Source: Pirellulales bacterium (GTDB lineage: Bacteria; Planctomycetota; Planctomycetia; Pirellulales; JBBRCE01). Taken from it: a stretch of 64,000 nt of DNA. The first letter of the stretch is position 1. Each line of letters opens with the position of its first letter. The notes under the pieces were generated by a model. It did no database searches, had not been told where the DNA came from, and worked only from the letters and a program-made list of their open reading frames with translations. A program made the translations under genes and the position numbers. Shown here in pieces: positions 8,758 through 16,421 of this stretch. The stretch is taken from assembly GCA_038205115.1 (NCBI GenBank), contig JBBRCE010000022.1, positions 7,338 to 71,337 on the forward strand, in the 5' to 3' direction.

Positions 8758-8776
8758 GTGCCTAATTATTAGGCAC
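8758..8776. promoter_or_regulatory. perfect 9+1+9 palindrome, operator candidate
   Basis: GTGCCTAAT-T-ATTAGGCAC lies in the divergent spacer, 186 nt upstream of the RHH gene start and 221 nt upstream of the flavin reductase start. Confidence 0.35.
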
Positions 8777-8996
8777 AACAGATTTTCACATCCGCCAACT
8801 GTCCACCACGGCGGCGCGCGCCGTTCGCTAGCATTGGGCTTGCTGTAAACTACGCTAAGGCAATGGCTTGCAAGCAATGCTAAAAAAGTTACGTAAACCG
8901 TGGCCGTTTGGCTCCGGAAGAATCCAATGCTGGTGCGATCGCACCGCGTCTTTTCTACAGAAATTACGTCTACACATCGTCAGCCAAGAGGAATTC

Positions 8997-9581
8997 ATGG
9001 CGGGTATCCAAGCTGTACTCCAAAAAGTCAGTCGAGAAGTCTGGATCGTCACCGCGGCACACCAAAGTCAGCGCGGTGGGCTGACCGCAACATGGATCAG
9101 CCAAGCTTCGCTTGACCCGGAGCGTCCATTGTTGGTGGCTGGATTGGCGGTGAACCACTTCACCTGCGAGTTGGTGATTGGCTCAGGCCGGCTCACGGCA
9201 CATCTGCTGTCGGACCAGCAGGCGAATTTGGCATGGCAATTTGCCAGCAGCTCGGGAAGAGACTCCGACAAATTTGCCGGCCTACGCTGGTCAAACTCGC
9301 CGCTGGGAACGCCGCGACTGGATGATTGCCCAGCCTGGCTGGACTGTCGGGTGATCGAGCACCACGATACCGGCGATCGGCGATACTTTTGGGCGGAAAT
9401 CGTCGACGGCCAATTGCAGCACGACTTTCGCCCGTTGACCGATCACCAGTTATTCGCGAGCGGTACGCCAGCCCAACTGCAGGCCGCCAAGTTGGGCCTG
9501 CAGTTGGATCTGGAAATTCAGCGTCCACTGGCGCAGGCTTGGCGCCAGGGCCTTGCTCCCCGGCCGTCGGAACGGAGCTAG
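8997..9581 (+). CDS. flavin reductase-like (FMN-binding split-barrel) protein
   Basis: ORF trimmed to MAGIQAVLQKV, with AAGAGGA upstream. RGGLTATWISQASLDPERPLLVAGL resembles the Flavin_Reduct signature. Confidence 0.7.
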   Translation: MAGIQAVLQKVSREVWIVTAAHQSQRGGLTATWISQASLDPERPLLVAGLAVNHFTCELVIGSGRLTAHLLSDQQANLAWQFASSSGRDSDKFAGLRWSNSPLGTPRLDDCPAWLDCRVIEHHDTGDRRYFWAEIVDGQLQHDFRPLTDHQLFASGTPAQLQAAKLGLQLDLEIQRPLAQAWRQGLAPRPSERS

Positions 9582-9826
9582 CCGGACACGACTTCTCCGG
9601 CGAGGTTTTTGACCCGCAACGTCTGGCCCTCCGCAACCACCACGTCGCCCACAGCCAACTGTCGACGGCGACGTGTTTCGACCTGGCCGTTGACGATCAC
9701 CGCGCCGCTTTGGATCAGCAGTTTTGCTTGCCCACCGGTGCCGACAGCTCCATTGATTTTGAGAAACTGGTCGAGACACAGTTTTTCGGCCGGTTGCTCG
9801 GACCCTGGATGCATGGATTGTTTCAT
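9578..9826 (-). CDS. S4-domain RNA-binding protein (YbcJ-like)
   Basis: KLCLDQFLKINGAVGTGGQAKLLIQSGAVIVNGQVETRRRRQLAVGDVV is a typical small S4-fold protein. Confidence 0.8.
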   Translation of the reverse strand: MKQSMHPGSEQPAEKLCLDQFLKINGAVGTGGQAKLLIQSGAVIVNGQVETRRRRQLAVGDVVVAEGQTLRVKNLAGEVVSG

Positions 9827-9838
9827 CTTATGTCGAGC

Positions 9839-11740
9839 TCAATTTCTCGCGGCCGTGCTCGGTTCGGCAGGGCCGTGCAAACGCTGTAGGTAGGCGCTGG
9901 CGACTTCGAAGCGGCCGATCATGCCGACCAACTTGCGGCTATCGAGACTGTCGACAATGGGCAACCGGGGCAGATCGTTTTCGACGAATAATTCCTGCGC
10001 CCGATCGAGCGTGAACTCCGGCAGCAGCGGATGGACGTCGGAACGCATTAGGTCCACCGCCAGCACCAACGAAGTCAATTCCGGCGATTGCGAAGCCAAA
10101 TGCACTTCTTCCAAGTTGACCACGCCCAACAATCGATTGGACGCATCAATGACCGGCAAGACAACTTCATTTGCCTCGCGCAGACGTGCCATCACGTTGG
10201 CGAGCGAGTCACTCGCGCGGAGCGAGACAATCGCTTTGGAAGATTCCAGAAATTGGCTCACGCGCACGCCGGCTAACACTTGGCGAACAAAGGCACCGCG
10301 ATGTGCCAGCGACATCGAGCGTCCCTCGACCTGCGATTGATAGATGGACATTTTGTCGGAAAAGATGAACGACAACGTGCAAACCCACAGCGAGGGCAAC
10401 AGCAGGCTGTAGCCGCCCGTCATCTCGCTGACAATGATCAGCGTGGAGAACGGCGTCTTGGCGGCTGCGGCGAAGAATCCCGCCATGCCGACAATCACAA
10501 AACTGGCCGGGTGCGGTACCAGGTGCGGCGCAAAGCTATGAATCGCCATTCCTAACGCGCCGCCGCCGCAACCGCCAACCACCATCGACGGACCAAAAAT
10601 GCCGCCGGACCCGCCACTGCCAATCGTCAAACCGGTGGTGAGGATTTTTCCCAGTGATATGGCCATTAGCAGCACGGCCGTGCCGGCGACACTAAACCCC
10701 ATCAGCGGCTGGCCATCGAGCGTCATCGACGCCTCTAATGAGGAATAGCCGAACGCCATCACCGCGAGTACCAATTTGTTTTCCTTAAACAGAAAGTAGA
10801 GCCCGCAGCCCACCAGTCCGGTCAGCAGCGCGCCGATGGCCGGTTTGAAATGATGTTTAATGGGAATTCGGTCGAACACTCCCTTCATGCCATAAAACGA
10901 ACGCGTATAGAGCATCGATAGCAACACCATGAACACGGCCAGCAACGTGTATGGCCCAAGTTCCCAAGGATTTGTGAACTTCAGATCTGGAATATTGAAT
11001 AGCGGTTCCCAGCCTGAAAACGCGCCATAAACGCAATACGAGACTACGCTGGCGATGCCTGCTGGCAGAATCACTTCCGGCTCGAATTCCGGCGAAGCAT
11101 ACATGACTTCGGCCGCGAAGATTGTACCGGCCAGCGGCGCACGGAAGATGGCGCCGATTCCGGCGCCCATACCGGCCGCCATCAACACGCGGCGTTCCGA
11201 AGGACGCAATTTCAGCAAGTTGCCCAACAGCGAACCAAATCCGGCGCCAATTTGCGCAATCGGTCCTTCGCGTCCGCCCGAACCTCCGGAACCGAGCGTT
11301 AACGCGCTGGAAATGATCTTCACGATCGGCACGCGTGGGCGGATGTAGCCGTTGCGATTATGATAGGCGTCAATGGCCGAATCCGTGCCGTGGCCTTCCG
11401 CTTCGGGCGCGTAATGAAACACGATGAGTCCGCTCAACAGGCCGCCCACCGTTGGTACCAGAATCAAAAGGCACGGCACCAGCGGATGATCGACAACGTG
11501 CAAAAACGAAACGGTCGGTTCGCCGCCCGGATGCGGTTCCGGGTAGTAGCCGCAGACCACGCCCAACGCGTAATGTTCGACCACTCGCGTGGCCACATAG
11601 AAAAAGATCGCGCCCACGCCCGCCACCACGCCAACCACTGCCGCCAGACCCATCGGTCGAATTTGCGCGCGGAATCGGTCGCGACCCAAACTCAAAACCC
11701 TTGGAATTCGGCTAGAAACGTCTTTCGCATCGCTCATCAT
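9839..11740 (-). CDS. ClC-family chloride channel with C-terminal CBS pair
   Basis: ORF 9839..12349 trimmed to MMSDAKD, with GGAG upstream. This removes the overlap with the upstream gene and its terminator. Motifs GSGGSGGREGP, GIGAIFRAPLAG and GGSGGIFGPS are present, with CBS-like repeats at the C-terminus. Confidence 0.85.
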   Translation of the reverse strand: MMSDAKDVSSRIPRVLSLGRDRFRAQIRPMGLAAVVGVVAGVGAIFFYVATRVVEHYALGVVCGYYPEPHPGGEPTVSFLHVVDHPLVPCLLILVPTVGGLLSGLIVFHYAPEAEGHGTDSAIDAYHNRNGYIRPRVPIVKIISSALTLGSGGSGGREGPIAQIGAGFGSLLGNLLKLRPSERRVLMAAGMGAGIGAIFRAPLAGTIFAAEVMYASPEFEPEVILPAGIASVVSYCVYGAFSGWEPLFNIPDLKFTNPWELGPYTLLAVFMVLLSMLYTRSFYGMKGVFDRIPIKHHFKPAIGALLTGLVGCGLYFLFKENKLVLAVMAFGYSSLEASMTLDGQPLMGFSVAGTAVLLMAISLGKILTTGLTIGSGGSGGIFGPSMVVGGCGGGALGMAIHSFAPHLVPHPASFVIVGMAGFFAAAAKTPFSTLIIVSEMTGGYSLLLPSLWVCTLSFIFSDKMSIYQSQVEGRSMSLAHRGAFVRQVLAGVRVSQFLESSKAIVSLRASDSLANVMARLREANEVVLPVIDASNRLLGVVNLEEVHLASQSPELTSLVLAVDLMRSDVHPLLPEFTLDRAQELFVENDLPRLPIVDSLDSRKLVGMIGRFEVASAYLQRLHGPAEPSTAARN

Positions 11741-11839
11741 TGACTCCCATCGTTTGCATTCGAAAATTGACCGCAGTGTGCATGATAAGGCGATCGATGG
11801 CCGACGGGTAGGACAAACCGCTGATGCTGCTGGTCCGTC

Positions 11840-11873
11840 AACGAAAACAGCGTCGGGACGATGCCCGACGCTG
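11840..11873 (-). terminator. intrinsic terminator of the DUF11 gene
   Basis: CAGCGTCGGG (11848-11857) / CCCGACGCTG (11864-11873) with a 6-nt loop. On the minus strand TTTTCGT follows. It lies 31 nt after the TAA at 11904. Confidence 0.75.
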
Positions 11874-11903
11874 CAGTTCGATGATCGAAAAAAGCGGATG
11901 CGT

Positions 11904-14726
11904 TTAGCGGCGCGGCGCCAGGCCGCCACTACGCCCGGCTTCACGTGGCAGCATGTCGTTTTGCAATGGAACCGGATTCGCGGACGGCAAGCGAGCCGGG
12001 CTCTTGCTGGCCAGCGGACGCTCCTCGTTGACGCGTGCTTCGATACCTCGCGACGTGCTGGATTTGGGCTCGGCGCGAAACGCCGAACCATCTTCGCCGT
12101 AGCAGAGCATCGTTTGCGACGTTGCCAGATTGACGTCCAACGCTTCGCACTTGACTTCCGTGCGGAAGGTATGCTTGCCAGCGTTTTCGACCTTAGCCCG
12201 CACCTTGAGGACCAACTCGTGGCCGGCCGGCAAAGTTGTAATCGGCTCAAAAATAACCTGCCCATCGTCGTTGTCGAACAAGGTGTAGGGCGCGCCCTGA
12301 GCAGCCACCGGGCGAACTCCATTCGAGAAGAACGCGGTGATATCCACATTTTGCGCTGTCTTGCTGCCGCGATTGCGAAGATGGACTTCGTAGGTCACCT
12401 CGTCGCCAACGCTAATCGGGCCGGCCGGATCGACGACATCCAATTTTAAGTCGGCGACGGCTTCCACCATGGTGTTGGCGGCCGCGACTTCCGTCAGATC
12501 GGTTCCGGCGTTCGCGGTGACTTGCAAGCGATTCTGTCCGGCGCCAATCAATTGACACTTGACTTCCATTTCCGAATTGGCGCCCGGGCGAATGCTGGAC
12601 ATCGACCAAACGATTTTGCCTTGATCGGCTACGAACTGCCCGCCGTTGCCGGCCGCTAGAAATTTGGCTTGCTTGGGCAAAATCGCCACGATCTGCACAT
12701 TTTCCGCCGGAGCGGTGCCCGGATTCGAGACTTTGATCGTGTAGACGGCCGAGGTTCCGGCCAACTTGGATTTGGGCGCTTCGATATCGAGTTGCAATGC
12801 CGCCCGGCGAACGATCACGTCTTCGGTGGCGCTGGTCGCCAGTCCGCCATCGGCAGTTGCTGAAGCACGCAACACCAGGTTGCCCACCTGACGCGCGGTC
12901 AGTTCGATCTCGACCGACTTGGTTTCGCCAGCCTTGACGAGCCCCATGTTGTGATTGACCGGACCTTCTTGCGAATCGCCCACGGGCGGCAGCGTCAGGA
13001 TCACATTTTCGGCGTCGCCGCTGCCAGGATTCGAGATCGACAGCTTGTAGACCTTCGATTCACCATACAGTACATCGGACGGTCCGGTGAGCGCCATCTG
13101 CAGCTTGGGCTCCTGCACTTCAACCAGCGATTGCGCCGAAGCTTGCGAGAACGTCCATTGCACGCCCAGATCGAACGGCTTCGCTTTACGCGGAATCAGC
13201 TTCAATGTCAGTTGTTCGTGCCCACGAGCATCGAGCTTGGCAATTCGCCATTGAAACGGTTCGCCGGAGTTTTGCGCGGCCGGACGGGTGTTGCCGCTTG
13301 TGGCCTGCGAACCAACCACTTCCGTCCAGTCAGGAATTTTGATGTTGACCAGCACGTCGGCCGCTGCCGCTTCACCGTCGTTTCGCAACATGATGGTGTA
13401 GGCGGACTCTTTACCGACGACGATGGTCCGCGGACCGGTTGTATCGGCGGCCAGCAGCGGTGCCTGACGTGTATCGTTCGAAGGCGTGATTTGCGGAATC
13501 GGTTTGGCGACCTCGACGTCTGGGCGCGTGGTGTCCAAGGACGCCGGCCCTTCGGACACGCCGGTCGCAATGGGCGAAGCCAGCGGCTTGGCACCATTGC
13601 GGCGAGATGATTTGACTTCGCCCGCGGATCGTGGTGTTGCGTCGACGTCCACAAATTGTTCGGCCGATTTGGCGCCGATTGCCGGTGCCCCTCGGTCCAC
13701 GCCCCGCGCTGCTGGCTGCTGCGCGACACGGGTTTCCGGCGGCAACGGCCCGGCAGATGGTCCCTGCGCTGGCCGAACGTTGGTGACCGGCTGGCCTTGA
13801 TTCGCACGCTGTGCGGCGTTCAGACGATCTTGCAGCGAACGCTGCGCGGCATTGGGCGATGGTTGCGAAGAATTTTGTCGACCCGTCGAGGCCGGCGCAT
13901 CGTCGCTGGCGTAGGCTTCGCCGCCGTCGGCAGATTTGCTTTGCAGACGCGAATACGGATTATTCGGCTGATCACTGGCCATAGCTTCGCCGCCGCTGCT
14001 GGGCTGAGCGTTGCGACGCATCGATCCATTGCCAGCCTGGTTGTTGCCGGCCTGATTGTTGCCAGCCTGATTGTTGCCAGCCTGATTGTTGCCGGGCGTG
14101 TTACCAGCGTTGCTGGGATATTGGACCTGGCTATTCGAGCGCTGCTGCGTGCCGCCAGACTGTGGCCGCGAGCCACTGGGCTGCGTATATTGACGATTTG
14201 CCGCTGGATTGAAGGACTCGCTGTTTTGCGAATTGGAATTCGCAGGCTGGTTTTGCGCTTTGTAAGTTGGACGATTTTGGTTGCCACCGCCAAACGACTG
14301 GTTTTGATCGCCGTTCTGCGAATTCGGATTGTTGTACTGCGAATTCGGATTGTTGTACTGCGGATTTTGGTTTTGATTGTAGAACGGACCGGCGTTGCTA
14401 CCTTGCTGATTGCCGCTTTGCTGGTTGCCAGATGGCGGATTTTCTTGGCGGCTATTGAACGGTTGCGCCGCTCGGGCACCGGTGTCTGAAGACGACGTTC
14501 CGCTGGAGCCGAGAAACTTGCGATCCGCGCCGTATGGTTCGGCCTTTCGTGGCGGGCTGTTGTCCGGCGCGGACGGCGTATCGTCGCCGATCACCGCATG
14601 GCGGAAGTTGTCCCACATTGAAGGCGGTTGATTCATCGTTCGATTGTCCTGCTGGCCAAACGCGGCCGCAGAAACAATCAAGCTAGCAAAAACCGTCAAA
14701 CCGGTGACATATGTCGGGCGAAGCAT
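11904..14726 (-). CDS. secreted protein with Q/N-rich N-terminal region and multiple DUF11 (conserved repeat domain) modules
   Basis: Signal peptide MLRPTYVTGLTVFASLIVSAAAFGQ. About 200 aa of Q/N/G/S/P low complexity follow. Repeated DUF11-type units are YTIMLRNDGEAAAADVLVNIKIP, YKLSISNPGSGDAENVILTLP, YTIKVSNPGTAPAENVQIVAILP and YEVHLRNRGSKTAQNVDITAFF. Confidence 0.8.
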   Translation of the reverse strand: MLRPTYVTGLTVFASLIVSAAAFGQQDNRTMNQPPSMWDNFRHAVIGDDTPSAPDNSPPRKAEPYGADRKFLGSSGTSSSDTGARAAQPFNSRQENPPSGNQQSGNQQGSNAGPFYNQNQNPQYNNPNSQYNNPNSQNGDQNQSFGGGNQNRPTYKAQNQPANSNSQNSESFNPAANRQYTQPSGSRPQSGGTQQRSNSQVQYPSNAGNTPGNNQAGNNQAGNNQAGNNQAGNGSMRRNAQPSSGGEAMASDQPNNPYSRLQSKSADGGEAYASDDAPASTGRQNSSQPSPNAAQRSLQDRLNAAQRANQGQPVTNVRPAQGPSAGPLPPETRVAQQPAARGVDRGAPAIGAKSAEQFVDVDATPRSAGEVKSSRRNGAKPLASPIATGVSEGPASLDTTRPDVEVAKPIPQITPSNDTRQAPLLAADTTGPRTIVVGKESAYTIMLRNDGEAAAADVLVNIKIPDWTEVVGSQATSGNTRPAAQNSGEPFQWRIAKLDARGHEQLTLKLIPRKAKPFDLGVQWTFSQASAQSLVEVQEPKLQMALTGPSDVLYGESKVYKLSISNPGSGDAENVILTLPPVGDSQEGPVNHNMGLVKAGETKSVEIELTARQVGNLVLRASATADGGLATSATEDVIVRRAALQLDIEAPKSKLAGTSAVYTIKVSNPGTAPAENVQIVAILPKQAKFLAAGNGGQFVADQGKIVWSMSSIRPGANSEMEVKCQLIGAGQNRLQVTANAGTDLTEVAAANTMVEAVADLKLDVVDPAGPISVGDEVTYEVHLRNRGSKTAQNVDITAFFSNGVRPVAAQGAPYTLFDNDDGQVIFEPITTLPAGHELVLKVRAKVENAGKHTFRTEVKCEALDVNLATSQTMLCYGEDGSAFRAEPKSSTSRGIEARVNEERPLASKSPARLPSANPVPLQNDMLPREAGRSGGLAPRR
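14031..14105 (-). repeat. 15-nt tandem repeat x5 (encodes GNNQA x4-5)
   Basis: GCCAGCCTGRTTGTT units sit back to back. The last copy is degenerate. Confidence 0.9.
14316..14357 (-). repeat. 21-nt perfect tandem repeat x2 (encodes YNNPNSQ x2)
   Basis: CTGCGAATTCGGATTGTTGTA occurs twice, and a partial third copy follows. Confidence 0.9.
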
Positions 14727-14981
14727 GTGCGGATGTCCTCAATTCAGAACCTGTCGCGGCTGAGAATAGCCGGTCGCACGGTCTGTATCGACTTTTCCGA
14801 CTGTAGGGATTAAGCCAATTTCGAGGATTCTTCCAACGCTGGCATCAATGCAGCGCGACGCGGCAAGCTGGGAAAACTAGCGAGCTGCATCTCAACGCGC
14901 TACCCCGCTGTGCCAAGCTGGCACGTAAGCTGTTTCATCAAAGCCGCTGGCACGAACTGACGGCCCGGCTAGCATCGGCGT

Positions 14982-16310
14982 TTACGAAAAGAGTTCGCTG
15001 ACCACCGCGCCGCCGTCCACCGTTTTCAACGGGCGATCGTCCGGCGTGTAATACTCTTCCGTGGGATCGAGTCCCAGCACGCTGCAATACGTAGTCATCA
15101 AATCCGGGATCGTGACCGGTCGATTGGTGATTTCCACGCCATCGGCATCGGTCGAGCCAATCACTTGCCCGCCGCGTACGCCGGCGCCCGCAAGCGCCGC
15201 CAGCCAAGCCTTGCTGTAGTGATCCCGTCCGCCACCTTGTTCTTTAAAACTCGGCGTGCGACCGAATTCGCCCATCCAAACCACCAGCGTGTTTTCCAGC
15301 ATGCCGCGGTCGGCCAAGTCTCGCAGGAGCGTGGCATAAGCCGGATCGACAATTCCGCACAATTTTTTATTCGAAGCAAATGCGCTTCCGCGATGCGTGT
15401 CCCAACCTTGCGTGTCTTCGGCGCTAAGCACTTCCACAAAACTCACGCCTTGCTCGATCATTCTCCGGGCCAGCAAGCAACCTTGTCCAAACGACGTTCG
15501 TCCGTACGCGTCGCGGAGCGAGTCACGCTCTCGACTGAGGTCAAACGCGCCCAGGCGAGGGCTGAGTGCAAATCGGGCGGCGCGATCGTAAATATCGTGC
15601 TTCGCTTTCACCAACGCTTCCGTACCGCTACTGGCAAATTGCTGATCGAGCTGCTGAGCCAAGGCAAACCGCCGTTTGAAGACCGCCGTAGGCACTTGCG
15701 GCGTCACATCGGCGGGCAATTCGCCCGGTTCCTGCACGCGGAGCGGGTTGTATGTCACTCCCAGCACACCTGCCGACGGGTTTCGGCTGGGATAGTCGTA
15801 ACGTGCCTTGCCAATCCGGACAAATGCAGGCAGATCGAAATTTGGATCATCGCGATGTTTTGCTACCATCGATCCCCACGTGGGATGCTCGACGCTGGGA
15901 GTGAATTTATAACCGGTACGCACGTAGCGAATCGCCAGATCATGCTCTGTCGGGCCGCCGGACATCGATTGAATCAAGGCAATCTTGTCCATCACCTGGG
16001 CCGTCTTCGGCCAATATTCGGCAATCGGCACGCCCGGCACGCTGGTGGCAATGGATTTCGCCGGGCCTTGATATTTTGACATCGGCTTGGGATTGAACGT
16101 CTCGAACTGGCTGGGGCCACCATCCATCCACAGCAAGATCATCGACTTGCCGGACTTCTGTAGTTCGGCTGCCTGCGCCAACAGCCGGTCGCGCCAGCCG
16201 AACGAGATCATGCCGGCCACTCCGGCGATTCCGCCCAACTGACGCAAAAATCCGCGGCGGCTCACGCTACCGTCGGAGCGAACATCGATTTTCAAGCCCG
16301 ATCGAAACAT
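14982..16310 (-). CDS. DUF1501 domain protein (sulfatase/alkaline-phosphatase-like) with Tat-type signal
   Basis: Twin-arginine motif SRRGFLRQLGGIAGVAG. DUF1501-type blocks are LLWMDGGPSQFETFNPKP, GWDTH and WMGEFGRTP. Confidence 0.85.
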   Translation of the reverse strand: MFRSGLKIDVRSDGSVSRRGFLRQLGGIAGVAGMISFGWRDRLLAQAAELQKSGKSMILLWMDGGPSQFETFNPKPMSKYQGPAKSIATSVPGVPIAEYWPKTAQVMDKIALIQSMSGGPTEHDLAIRYVRTGYKFTPSVEHPTWGSMVAKHRDDPNFDLPAFVRIGKARYDYPSRNPSAGVLGVTYNPLRVQEPGELPADVTPQVPTAVFKRRFALAQQLDQQFASSGTEALVKAKHDIYDRAARFALSPRLGAFDLSRERDSLRDAYGRTSFGQGCLLARRMIEQGVSFVEVLSAEDTQGWDTHRGSAFASNKKLCGIVDPAYATLLRDLADRGMLENTLVVWMGEFGRTPSFKEQGGGRDHYSKAWLAALAGAGVRGGQVIGSTDADGVEITNRPVTIPDLMTTYCSVLGLDPTEEYYTPDDRPLKTVDGGAVVSELFS

Positions 16311-16421
16311 CTGGCGCCTAGGGGGAAAATGGCACGCGGCATGCCCGCGCGGTGGCGGCTGACCGAAGTTATATTACGGGCGACGACCAAAATAGCGTAG
16401 GGCCGACGTACAAACCGCGGA

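Noticed and set aside
8027-8848. A 273-aa plus-strand ORF opposite the His-rich RHH gene.
   Set aside because: It has Arg-rich shadow composition and extends through the intergenic spacer. The minus-strand product has a coherent RHH-like segment.
11789-11835. A fluoride-riboswitch-like string (GGCGATCGATGG...AAACCGCTGATGCTGC) next to the ClC channel gene.
   Set aside because: It lies on the plus strand while the channel is on the minus strand. It lacks the pairing pattern of the crcB motif, and the channel is a CBS-containing ClC rather than a ClC-F type. cmsearch with RF01734 would settle it.
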